64,000 nt of DNA from Flaccisagitta enflata (taxonomy: Eukaryota), in assembly GCA_965153355.1 (NCBI GenBank), contig OZ231126.1:45942001-46006000 (forward strand). The letters are read 5' to 3'. This document shows, piece by piece, positions 49,275 through 62,600 of the stretch (position 1 is its first letter; every line of letters begins with the position of its first letter). The translations under genes and the position numbers were made by a program. Below the pieces are notes generated by a model that was given only the letters and a program-made list of their open reading frames with translations, searched no databases and was not told the DNA's origin.

Positions 49275-49950
49275 AGAGAGAGAGCGCGCAATTGAACATT
49301 AGAGAGTTAGTCAAGTAAGCAACAAAAGATTGTCAGACATGCTGAAAAAAAGTATAGAATACAAGTTGTCATGCTAGGTTCAAAGGTACTTTTTACCTTG
49401 ATATTCCATCATCTCCGTATAAGATGAGAAATAACGTCGATTCATGCTGGAATCAGCGCGTGATTCCGCAAGTAAGGGTTTATATCCTGATATTCAAAGT
49501 GAATTTACGCCGGATAATGTGCGGCAAAAACAGACAACGACAATGAAAGGATGAAACACATGTATTGAATTCATCGTTTTATTTGTCACTCACACTGTCA
49601 AAACTAACATGAATTGTCGAGAAAAACAACACTTACATTGACTTTTTTCATAAAGACAGGCATGTCAAAACTAACATGAATTGTTGAGAAAAAAAAACAC
49701 TTACATTGATCTGTTTCATAAAGACAGGCAAAGAGAGATATCATTTTGCAGGAGATAATGATACTTGATGGCAGCTTCTTTTAGACCTTTTACAGTTGAT
49801 AATCGTCTAAAAATATACCATTGACTGAAATTACCAAATCAGGAGGGCGCTAATCACAGGAGAAAAATGACAATGTCCGAGGCGCTAATTAGGATAAGAG
49901 ATATGGTGAATGTGCGAACAATTAAATAGTCGTGCAGCTATGCGCTGATG

Positions 49951-50391
49951 CAGGGGCCTGAAGAGGCCTGTACACCCTATACAAAGTATAGGGGCCCGGG
50001 GCTCAGGGGGGCCCGGAGGGCCTTCTAATTTTTACAGAGATGAAAAGGGAAAAGGAGAAAAGAAAAGATAAAGGGAAAAAAAAAGAAAAAAAAGGAAAAG
50101 AAAAAAAAAACAACGCCCCTGAGGGAATGATTTGTAAAACTGGGCTCTGAGCTAATGATACAAAAGCTGGAAACTCCTTTCAAAATACTTAAACTTTTTT
50201 CTATTTTTGTTATAGATCAAAGTACAAAGTTCAACACTTGGATTTTCTTCTTTAAATAAAATGTATAGAGACTGAATAGTAATCCATTAAAAAAACTATA
50301 TGTGCTATAGGCGGCTGACAGTCGCGCCAAAACTAAGGGGGCCCGGATTTTTGGATTGTATAGGGGCCCGAAATCTCTCTGCTGGCCCCTG
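49951..50391. mobile_element. hAT-type MITE
   Basis: CAGGGGCC...GGCCCCTG termini, exact 8-bp TSD CGCTGATG, subterminal GGGGCCC motifs. Confidence 0.9.
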
Positions 50392-51003
50392 CGCTGATGT
50401 AAATACGAGACAAACAATTAACACGGAAAAAATTGAATATATTCATAAAAGGAAAAGGATGGAGGACAAAGTCACGAAGGAGGGCTTGAATAAACAAGGC
50501 CGGATACACGGCTACCCCAGTCGCGTGCAGGGGGGCAGGAGCCATAATTGAGGTCAGTGGAGCATTTGGGCAGGAGCAGTAAGGTTAAAAACCCCATTAA
50601 CGCATTACTGCTCCTGCCCAACCGTCCGCGACTGGATTGCCGTGTATCCGGCCTTGTTAATGTTTGATTTACTGACAAGATATTTGAACAATTTCTTGTG
50701 CTTGCGCGCAGGGGCTATAAGGTCGAACAGAGAGCACACCTTTTCTTGATCTCTAGCATTTCCTGTGTATAACTTTCAGTATTTTGGTACCAATAAAGGC
50801 GGCTCTCGCCGACCGGAAAAAAGTCGTAAATAGGAATCTTTTTTTCTGTGCATGTTCTTCTGCATGTGCATCTCATGACGTCTGGTTGACTGCTTGTTTG
50901 TTTTTGTCATTCGATCTCCGTCTCTCTGTATCTCCTTTTCCTCTTGGTCTTGGAGTGTGTGTGTGTGTGTGTGTCTGTCTGCCTGACACTCTCTCTCTTT
51001 CTT

Positions 51004-51071
<68 letters not shown>

Positions 51072-51092
51072 TCTCTCTCTTTCTCTTTCTCT

Positions 51093-51143
<51 letters not shown>

Positions 51144-51164
51144 TGTGTGTGTGTGTGTGTGTGT

Positions 51165-51367
<203 letters not shown>

Positions 51368-51370
51368 TTT

Positions 51371-51507
<137 letters not shown>

Positions 51508-51519
51508 CTCTCTCTCTCT

Positions 51520-51651
<132 letters not shown>

Positions 51652-52646
51652 AAGCAGGTAAAAACATCAAAACTAGCGTCATAAGTATTGGAGTCAATTT
51701 GCGTAACATCTCAACTTTTTCCTATTGTTACATAGGGTCAAAAATTTGGATCAATGAAAAATATTGATTTTGGCAAAAATACGAAAAGATCAAAAAGATT
51801 TAAAAATTCATAACGCCAAGACTAACGATTGTAGAGACTTCTGGTTGGCGCCATTTGAAAGAGAAAAATTAGCTCTTTCTTAGCTGTGAATATCAAAAAA
51901 ATGTATACTCCCAGCCCCAAAACCGCACAACTTTCTAAAATGTCCTCAAACCAAAAATGAGAAACTTTAATTTCTCCCCTACGTTTCAAAAAGTCGAATT
52001 ACGTAATTCGACTTTTTTCCAATAAATGAATCGATGAGGTCTTTTGTCTAAGTTGTTATTAGCGTTACGGGTGGGGTTGGGATGGTTCTAGGGTCAGGGT
52101 AAGGGATAGAGCTAGTGGTACTGTTAGGGCTAGGTGAGGGTTGGGTTTTATATATCACAACCCGAATCTACTAATATTGGCGAAAAAAACATTAAGAATC
52201 GCCAATGACAAAAGCATTAAGAATCGCCAATATTTTTTTCTATCAGTGTCATCGCAAAAAAAAGAAAAAAGAATTCCATTTTGAGCGGGCTTTGTAGCCT
52301 CCGCTGCTTCCGCTGTCTTTACGAAGATAGAGATGGCGATGAAGCAAGGTCGTTAAACTTTAGTCACGTGCGTCGGCATTTTCACAAAAGGTCGGGTAAA
52401 CACTAAACAGGCAGACAGGTAAACAGGCAGACGGACTTCAAATTTTCGAAATGACCTTTGAATTAGAGGTGTCCTCTTCCAAGTGACTTCTTTTATGTTC
52501 AAAAATGTAAATGACCTTGTGACGGACCGACCAACCAACCGATCAACCTACCAACCGACGGACCGAAAAGTTGCTTATAGTTATAATCGCAAAGCACGCG
52601 ACTAAACATACTGAGAGAGTAGGAGAGAGAGAGTAAGAGAGAGAGA

Positions 52647-52707
<61 letters not shown>

Positions 52708-52854
52708 GATAGACATAAACTGAAAAGCATGAGTTATTGTAACAGTGTGTCTGTTTCTGTACATCTATTTTGTGTATCTATAATTTCGTTTGAGTGAGGT
52801 ACTTAAAATCAGAGTGCAATGGTTCTCTCCTTGACTCTTGAAACAAAATAACAA

Positions 52855-53704
52855 TCAATAACCCATAATTTGGATCTCACATGGGTGCAACCATTTCTCG
52901 GGATTGTAACCGACCATTTTCAGAACTCTCCCGTAAAAGCTTTTTCCACATTTAACAATCATAGGATGTTGCCCATTATTGGTTATTACACCATCGGTGT
53001 AAAACACTGGATCATTCACTATTTCCGGGTCTTGTGAAGTGAAATTCTTCCCTTGACAGGCTTTCATGTTGCTCTCGTTGTCTCCAATGAGAATCTCAAA
53101 TGGGAAAATCAACCGCTGGCAGCAATCGAATCGGTTGTAAATGATTATTTTCTGAATGAGCTGACGTCGGGGAAATTCGAACTTGATCCATGGAGGTGAA
53201 TTTTTCTGTAATTCATAAATAGAGAAGAGTTCAATTCAACGATCTAAAAATGTCGTCTACACTTTTTTTTTATAAGAGACCAGTTTATAAGAGACATGAG
53301 CCTGAGATTTGCCAAAATCTTAAGAACAAAATAAGAGAATGCCCAGGCTGAGATTCAGCTTCGGCCATTTTCAATAACAATTTTATTCAAGTTTCTTATT
53401 TAAAAAATGAATTTAATACAAATTTTTCAGAAATATAGGTTGTTTATCTTTAAAAATAACTTGTTTTTTTTTTAGTTTGCCCATGAAATCAGGCATTATA
53501 TTAAAAAATATGTAACCATTACCAAGTTTAAGATATAACTGCTCTAAATAAGGTTTTTTTTAAACAATTTAGACATTTATAAACATCGAACAAATTAAGA
53601 ACACTTTAAGAGAATTTCAGGCTGAAAACAGACGAAAATTTAAGAACACCCTGGCTGAGTTAAAAAAAGCTGTCTCTTATAAAAAAAAAGTGTATGCTCT
53701 TTTA

Positions 53705-53796
<92 letters not shown>

Positions 53797-54937
53797 AGTA
53801 GGTTCACCTCGGTGTGAAAACATCTTGTATGAAACTCGAGAAGGCCGTTTCCGCTGATTTTGCCATCAACCAGTCGATATGGATCATCCTCTGCTCCATA
53901 CTCCGCGTTGTCGCGATACTCGAACTTTTTGATTTTCGAAGATGCTGATATCTTTGACGTTTTTGCGGTGTCACCTTTCAAGTGTAAATATATAGAGATG
54001 CGATAATGAATCAATATTGTCCTAATTCCTACATTAAGAAAGGTTTATCTCTCTTTATTCTTAGAAAAGTTACCATTTTCATAAGACGATCTAAAGAAAA
54101 TTTGTACCAGGTACATGGTAATTTCGGTCATTTTGTAGATGAAGTATCGCACTTGAATTTCCCGAAAATTCCGCCAGAGCAAACTTTCAATCGGCGAGTA
54201 GATATTAAGCTCTAAAACACCACTAACCCTAACACTAGCCCTAACCCTAACCCTAAACTGATCCCTAAGCTTATCCCTGACCTTATCCCTAACCCTAATA
54301 CTAACCCCACCCCTAACCCTAACTCGTTGTAAACCCGGTTCCGAGTGATTGACGCTAAAAACAAAAGACAAAAGGACGATAACTCATCTACTACGAGACC
54401 GTAATTTCTAGGTAGGAATCATGTCTGTGTCTGAGATACTCATTGAATTGGCCATTTAGTGAGATCATGAAGGCAGTTGTTTATCTACATTGTCTACGTA
54501 TCATCATCATCATCGTATATTTTTTCGGTAACACGTTATCAAATGTACTCTATGTATACTTCCAGGATCTCTTAGATTGCCCCCTAACTTCAAGATGGGA
54601 TAAACAACGGAATCTCACTGATGACGGTCATCCTCGTGAATTGCAATTGCTCAACCGTGATTCCATTTTCGAGATACAAAGCCAAGCATCTTTGTGAGCT
54701 TGTTCTCATGAAAGCGGTAACGACGATGATCTGATCCATGACGAGAATCTTGGGCAAACTGCCTCTCTTCACGATTTTCCACTGGTTGTCCGCGGTCAAG
54801 GAGCAGTTGGAATTCATCGATTCTCGAATCTTCCACCGCCGATCATTTTCAGGCGCAGGCGAAACAATCGGACGGAAGGACACTCTCTTTATAACAGTGG
54901 CCTCCGGAATCGGGAAGAAATGAACTTGATTCCAACC
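52855..54937 (-). CDS. F-type lectin (fucolectin/tachylectin-4-like) domain protein, 5'-incomplete. Exons 54937-54619, 53974-53808, 53205-52855
   Basis: Splice phases are compatible (1,0). The spliced C-terminal region has RLVDG (Ca-site-like), CFHT, PPW, IIIYNRFDCCQRL, FEILIG, CGKSFYGRVLKM and LHPCEIQIMG-stop, the F-type lectin pattern. The upstream 106-aa exon is unassigned. Confidence 0.85.
53260..53692. mobile_element. TA-flanked MITE, same family type, in the last intron of the lectin gene
   Basis: TA|CACTTTTTTTTTTATAAGAGAC ... GTCTCTTATAAAAAAAAAGTG|TA; its interior closely matches 32280-32684. Confidence 0.85.
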
Positions 54938-55730
54938 CTGCAGAAAGACATGAATTCAAGAAAAAATATATTTGATGCTGATTTTAAACGAGGTTATCTA
55001 AGGTTAAGTGGTGCAGATAGTGTTGAAGCCTAATTATCAGCCTGGAAGAGTCATGTCCAAATCTGTAAACCTGAAAGAAATGATTGGGGGGGGGGGGGGG
55101 AAAACATGCACATATGACGGCGTTCCTCCGAAGGCAACATTTGTGTTTCAGCAGGTGCCAAAGTAAAAAAATTAAAATCATTGAAACTGAATGATTAAAC
55201 TGAAATAATTATTGAGATTCATCATGATTGATATTTTTTTTGCATAACTTGCATTCAAATATGAAAAAGAATCAAATGAAGCTACAATTAATGAAGAAAA
55301 TATAATGCAAATTACTGAAAATTTTATTTTTGGTAACTGACAAGGGGCTCGTTTAAATTCTGAGTTTGCATGAAAAATGAAAAAATAAAAAAACAAAAAA
55401 CGTAGTTTTCTTCAAAAATCGATTACAAAGAGAACTATGTTTTTAGAAATGCAAAATTTCCCTGCATTTGAGGGTCTTAGAATTTAAACGGCAAGAACAG
55501 ACAAAAAAGTGTAAGCAAAATTTCATTAAAAACCTTGATTTTCTTGCTTTCCTCATGTGAATTGCATAGTCAAAATTACTTTTGAGGTCAGAATATAATA
55601 GAAATGTATATACCAAATGTATTTAGATACAATTTATCTTTTAAAATCACTCTGGCACCATTGTTGTCCAGAAAATAATGCAAAAAGTATGGTGAAACAC
55701 TTAGTTTTCCTTCAAAAATTTGCTGTCATA

Positions 55731-56380
55731 CACTCAAAAAAAAAAGGACGATATACAATAAATAAATATCGTCGTGTTGTATAGCAACGGACGTTATTGT
55801 ATTTCAGCAATACAACGAATTGTACAGCAAATACAACGAATTGTACAGCAAATACAACGAATTGTACAGCAAAAACAAAAATTGGATAGCAAATGCAATA
55901 ATTGTACTGATTCCCCCGAAAAAATGCAAAAAAACAAAAAATGTATCGGGAAGATGGCCGTCTCTTTGCTGTACAATTATTGAAACAAAAATACAATTAT
56001 TAAAAAATTTGGACTCTGCCAAAAAAAGGCAATTTTCGAGTCCATGGACAGTATAATTATTGTATTTAACAGACTCTAAACTTTTTCTGCCATCGCGAAA
56101 AAAAATTAGAGTCAAAAAACGGTTTAATAATTGTATTTACGAGACTCTAAAATTTTTCGGCCCTCGAAAACAGAAAGTTAAAGTCCAGGAACAGTATAAT
56201 TATTGTAATTACAGACTCTAAAATTTTCCAGACCACGAAAAAAAAAAATTAGAGTCCATGAACAATATAATTTTTGTATTCAGGGGACTCTAACTTTTTC
56301 ACGCGAAACGAAAAAAAAACGAAATTTTCTTTAAGTTTCAAGCTTGTTCAAAAATTGTATTTTGCGCAGAAATAGAGTCC
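55731..56380 (+). mobile_element. Left terminus and subterminal repeat array of a CACTA/EnSpm-like DNA transposon; the right end is not in the window
   Basis: TA|CACTCAAAAAAAAAA terminus, a 21-bp repeat x3 (AATACAACGAATTGTACAGCA), then ~70-bp units each carrying inverted GACTCT...AGAGTC motifs. Confidence 0.55.
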
Positions 56381-56672
56381 GAATTTGTTCTTTTGTTTCT
56401 CGCTTCGCTGCAATAAAGGAAAGACGCCCTCCGTGGGTGAAACATTATATTGCTCTTTTGTTACTTTACCCTCAGTCGCGCTCGCAGATTCAGAAAAAGG
56501 AAAAAAAAAGAGGAAGAGGAAGAGGAGGAGGAAGAGGAAGAGGATGAGGAAGAGGATCAGGAAGAGCCTGAACATCGACGTACAAAAAAAAAAAAATTGG
56601 ATACGCTTTTTTTTTTTATTCGCGCCCGGGGAAAACGCTGCCCAAATGTAATAACCTCTTTTTTATCGACAG

Positions 56673-59600
56673 ATTACGAAAGACTTTACGTCGCTTTTAA
56701 AAACTGCGCTGTTCACATAAAGCAAAAAGTAGCGAAGCCGCAACAAATCTTCTCAACGCGAAGCCGTCGGGAAGCCGTCGGGAAAGATTCACGTAGCCGT
56801 CACAAAGCTGTCGTCTACCAAACCATGGAGCCATTTGACAAAGATTGCGGTGAGTGCTTAAAGGCTTATACTTTGTCTTATATAAGAACTCATTTTTGGC
56901 CTTGAAGCCACTCAATAGCTTTTGGGATGATGTAATCGAGATGTAATCGGCAAACGGACATCATAAGATAACAGTTGGCCATCCATATTACTCGAAACTT
57001 TGTTTATTAACGATGCATAATTCGATGTGTAACACTTTTTAAACTTTATCTAATATAATTTGGTCTAATTAAACCGGTTTTGGTTTCTTCTTAGCAATAA
57101 AAAGTGCCTTTTCAAGAGTTCAACCCGTTTGTAAAGGTCAAGGCAATTACTTATACCGTTTTAAAAACGTAGTAAAAGAATTTTGCATATCGCAGTGTAA
57201 ATCAAAGGAAAATGTTGCGGTGACTAATCAAAGCCCTTTGTCCATGAGTCAATATGATTTTTTTTTTTAATTGATTGTGAACGGGAGAAAATGGAATCAT
57301 AGGAAAAACTATTAGTTTGTTGTAATTGTTAAACCATTTTCCGCTGAATAGTAGTTAAGAATGACGAAGAAAATACTTTTAAGTCGTCATTCGTTAATTC
57401 CTATATTTTGAAGCTTTGAAGTGACCTATGCCGAAGAAAACATGTTCTATTTTAAGGTTGTTCCTAGGAAGACATGTTGAAAGACATGTTCTCCCTAATT
57501 GGGGAACAATCAAGTTTACAATCGATTCAAGAAATATAGCTACTAGTAAAATAAAACTTATTTTACATGTTTTATTTCTCTTTTTCCCACAGACCTTGCC
57601 ACTTTTCCGGTACCTGATCCCAGCGTTCAAAATCACTTCATGTTTAACGGCTACCTTTTAATGTGGTGCGCTGGATACCTCCCCCATAATGAACCGGCCT
57701 TGTTCGTGATTCTTCCTGATGGGAAACCGGCGCGGTTAATTGGTCGCTATATCGCAAGTTGTCAGGTGGGTCCACGTAAATCCTTGTTTTGATTCGCGCA
57801 AGTATATGTAAATGAGGGTGTACGTGACCGTGTTTGACCCGTTTCTCCGTTTCGGTGTTTGTCTGTGTCTGTGTCTCTGTCTGCCTGTTTGTCAGTTTGG
57901 CTCTCTATTTGCCACGATGTTCTTATGAACTAGGTCATTTAGAAACTGAAAGTGTATTTGTCTTTCTCTGTTAGCCCGGGTTTAGTTAAAGGGATTCTTT
58001 TTACAAACACAAACATCTAAAGTATCTTTTTTCTTTAATGTGTTTGTATTTGCCCTTTGCCTTTTACAGAAATTGTGGCTTGAGGATTTCGACGCGTTTC
58101 TCGTGACAAACAACGTTCTCTACGGCCTGTCCGACAATCGGAATGACACCCCCGAGTCCGTCACCCGAAAACAACGCGAGTTGCGTGTGCCCTCAACCAG
58201 CGTCATCTATCACGAAAAAGATGGCACAGTGAAATCCATGCCGCCTCATGAACGTCAGAAAGCAGTCCTAGGTTAGTTTGTCAATCCAGATGGGGAGATT
58301 CCAACGACACCATATGCGTTAAATGTCGCTTTATTTTTTGAGTATTATAACAATGTTTTTTTTTTCTAAAGCTTTATGTTATCATTTTTTAGAGCAAATG
58401 AAGTTTTTAACGTTCTTAGCACGTTCTTTATTCTATATGCTTTATTCAGTATAAGTAACCTTTTAAATTACTATTATTAACTCCAAACAAATTTATTTTT
58501 AGTCGCGTGCACGCGACTCTACAACCTGCTCCGTCGGTCCGTCCGTCCGTCGGTCGGTCCGTCCGTCCGTAACACTTTGCTTTTTTGCGTCGATTTTTGT
58601 CATTTTGGGTTGTCTGGAGTTATTTTGAATCATTTTTTTGGTGTTTTTGAGAATTATTGGTTGTTTTTGGTCATTTTTTATCATTTTTGGTCATTTTTGG
58701 TCTTTTTTGGTCATTTTGGTCATTGTGGTCATTGTGGTCATTTTTGGTCATTGTGGTCATTTTTGGTCATTTTTGATCATTTTTGATCATTTTAGGTCAT
58801 TTTAGGTAATTTAAGGTCAATTTTGGTCATTTTAGGTCATTTTGGTCATTTTGTTCATTTTGGTCATTTTTGGTCATTTTTGGTCATTTTTGGTCATTTT
58901 TTGGTCATTTTTCGGTCATTTCGTTCATTTTTGGTCATTTTTAATCATTTTCGGTCATTTTGGTCATTTTGGTCATTTTTGATCATTTTTGGTCATTTTG
59001 GTCATTTTTGGTCATTTTTGGTCATTTTTGGTCATTTTGTTCATTTTTGGTCATTTTTGGTCATTTTTGGTCATTTTGGTCACTTTGCATTTTTGCATTG
59101 ACTATATATTGTCTATATATATTGTCTGGTTTAGGTCTGCTGGTTTAGGTCTGCTGGTTAAGTCTGCTAGTTTAAGTCGGCTGGTTAAAGTTGGCTGGTT
59201 TAGGTTGGCTGGTTTAAGTTGGCTGGTTTAAGTCGGCTGGTTTAAGTTGGCAGGTTTAAGTTGGCTGGTTTAAATCCGCTGGTTTAAGTCTGCTGGTTTA
59301 AGTCTGCTGGTTTAGGTCTGCTGGTTTAAGTTTGCTGGTTTAAGTCCGCTGGTTTAAGTCTGGTTTAAGTCTGCTGGTTGAAGTCAGCTGGTTTAAGTCT
59401 GGTTTAAGTCTGGTATAAGTCTGGTTTAAGTCTGCTGGTTTAAGTCTGGTTTAAGTCTGCTGGTTTAAGTCTGCTGGTTTAAGTCTGCTGGTTTAAGTCT
59501 GCTGGTTTAAGTCTGCTGGTTTAAGTCTGCTGGTTTAAGTCTGCTGGTTTAAGTCTGCTGGTTTAAGTCTGCTGGTTTGGGTCTGGTTTAAGTCTGGTTT

Positions 59601-62600
59601 AAGTCTGGGTTATGTCTGGTTTAAGTCTGGTATTAGTCTGGTTTAAGTCTGGTTTAAGTTTGGTTTAAGTCTGGTTTGAGTCTGGTTTGAGTCTGGTTTG
59701 AGTCTGGTTTGAGTCTGGTTTAAGTCTGGTTTGAGTCTGGTTTGAGTCTGGTTTGGGTCTGATTTAAGACTTCGATAGAAAGATACAATAAGGAGTCAGG
59801 TCAGTTCAGTTATTTTTGTCCTGCACGCGACTTATAGGTGTTGGCCTTGTTATTGAATAGTCCAACTCCTCGGTTTCATTGGCGCCTCCCAATGCCACAC
59901 AAATTCCCAGTGATATACATTGTTTAACTGGAAAAATAAAGCCCACACCGGCTTCCACCTCCGCACATATGTCGAAATTGCGAAGATTCAAAGCGACCAA
60001 TTCCAGAGTTAATTCTTTTTTTCATTACTTTAATCATCACTATGCAGTTTTCAACCGTTGGCTAGATGAAATACATGAGCATGTTGTGAAGTTTTCCATG
60101 AAACAAAGATTTACGTTTATTATTCCACAATATAAACGTTGCAGTTATCATTGTATTGTAAATAGAAACTCATAGTCTTTCTAATCAAATAAGTTACACA
60201 AGACCAGTCATCATAAAATGACAATATGCATATTAGATCAATGCTAGTACAACATATGTGATATTAACCTAAATTATAATGCAAGTCATCTGTTTTCATA
60301 GGATTCTTTAAATATCACCATTACCCACATATTTGGTTAAAGATTTTAAGCCTTTGTATGTTCTTAAGATGTTCATAATTTTTGGGCCATTCAAAGCCTT
60401 GGTGTTCTTACAAACTCGGTTTTTAACAAAAACAAAATTGTACCCGTTATTTCTTATATAAATGTTTCTCACTGTTCTACAGCTCGCCTCATTGTGGACT
60501 CGGTGCAGAGACAAGCATTATCAACGACGGGTTCTATTGCGTCTACTTCGGGTGGAACTACGGGTGGTGGCAACGTCACGAGCGTCACTCAGCCAAACAC
60601 CTCCACCGCGTCGACTTCGACTTCGGCCGGGACCCACGTCCCCAGTGCCATGGATCAAAAGATCTCTACCGCATCAAATTCAGATGGCGCTTCCGATGCT
60701 TCCGGTGGTACCAACGCTGCAAACAACTCGCCCGTAAAAGATTTCGTCGAGGACAATGACTCTTTAAGATCAGTCCCGGACGACATCGATCCAAACTCCT
60801 CTACCGCATCGACTTCGCCTCGTGCTTTGGGTGCTAGCAACGCTGCAACCACCTCGCCCGTAGGAAATGACGACGACTCCTCTACCGCGTCAAATTCGGG
60901 TGGTGATGCGGGTGCCTCCGGTGGTAGCAACGCTGGAAACAACTCGACCGTAGGAAATGACGAGGACAATGACAGAGAGGTGGCGACTCTTACGCATGAC
61001 GTGGCGAATATGGGCCCCAATGCACTGGACGAAAATGGAAATTGGCAGTCAAAGACCCGATGTGACAAATGTCTGATCGATTTTGACAACGCCGCCGCTT
61101 TACAAACCCATTTCGCCGAACATTATCACGGCTTACAAATTACGCTCCCGTTGGATGAGGCGGTGTCGAGGCCGGCGAGGTTGCATCTGTCGAATCAAGA
61201 TGTCTCAAGCGCAAATCTGCTGTTAAGCTTACAGTCATCACGCAATTCATCGCGCGCTTCCTCACCGCCATCTACGGCTTCCCCGACTGAAACTCAGCCA
61301 CCAGAATCTCTTACTCCGCAGCCGACACATAATGCGCCTTCTACACCTCCTGCGCCTACGCCTAACCCTACGCTTTCTGCGCTTTCAACGTCTGCTGCGC
61401 CTACTCCTCCTGCGCCTACGCCTCCGCGTCCTCAGATTTCGCGATCCTGCCCTTCCCTCTCGGATTTCACAAATTCTGTGAACGCAGCAGGTGTGCTCAT
61501 TTGCCTCTCATTACTCATGTAAATAAAAGTATTATTATTACTAGTATTAATACTATCATTATTGATACTGTCATTGTTAGAATTATTAATTTTTTATTAA
61601 TAATTATTACTTATTAATTATCAATTCTTAATTATTAATTGTTTATTGATTAATTAATAATTCATAGTCAATAATTGATTAATTAATCAATCAACAATTA
61701 AGAATTAGGAATTGATAATTAATAATTTATAATTAATAACTAATAATTAATGATTAATAATTTAGTAATTAATTAATCTATTAACAACTTATAATTAATA
61801 ATTACTAATTAAAATTTTAGAATTAATATTAATAATTAATATTTAATAATTCATAATTAATAATTGATAATCAAGAAGTAATAATTAATCATTAAAAATT
61901 TATAATTCTAACAAGGACAGTATGAATAAAGATAATATAATGAATTATGAATTATGAATTATGAATTATGAATTATTAAGTATTATTAATTACTAATTAT
62001 ATTGTTAGAATTATTAATCAGACGTTCATGTTATGGACGTGCTGATTCACTCGTGCAATACTATCGTTTTACTCAGAAAGACTTGCGCGATACAATGGTT
62101 GTATTTAGCACGACTCGTGCAATTCTATCGTCTAAATCAGCACGACTTGCGCAATACAATGGTTGTATTGAACCCGACGCGTGCGATGGAATGGTTGTCG
62201 TGCCCAATATAAAAATTGTATTGCCCAAACTTCCCTCAGTCGCGGATAAGATAAATAAAAACATTAATTAGATTTTGCACGACTACAAACTATTGTGTCC
62301 ACCATGTAATACCAAAACAAAAACAAAATGTATTAATCAATGTTTCACCATTGTCGTTAGGTACAGACATGGTGGAAATTCCTCTCGTTGACGACGATGG
62401 CTCAACGTTGTCGACCCGGCGTTCCAACGGTTCTTCTCGCTCTTCCAGCGTCTCTTCTCACACTCACAGCGTTTCTTCTCGCCGTCCCAGCGTCGGAGAC
62501 GATATGGACGACGAGGTGGAATCAGACTCGGTATACCGGTTCGCCGACGACCATGAAAGACGCGCATCGTTTCGTCTTTCTACCCGAGAAAAAAGATCGT

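Noticed and set aside
60655-61089. Antisense ORFs overlapping the zinc-finger gene exons (also 62464-62856)
   Set aside because: Shadow frames of GC-richer coding sequence; the plus frame has the splice sites and motifs.
61530-62015. Extremely AT-rich TAAT tract as an origin or regulatory element
   Set aside because: Low-complexity intronic DNA with no specific supporting feature.
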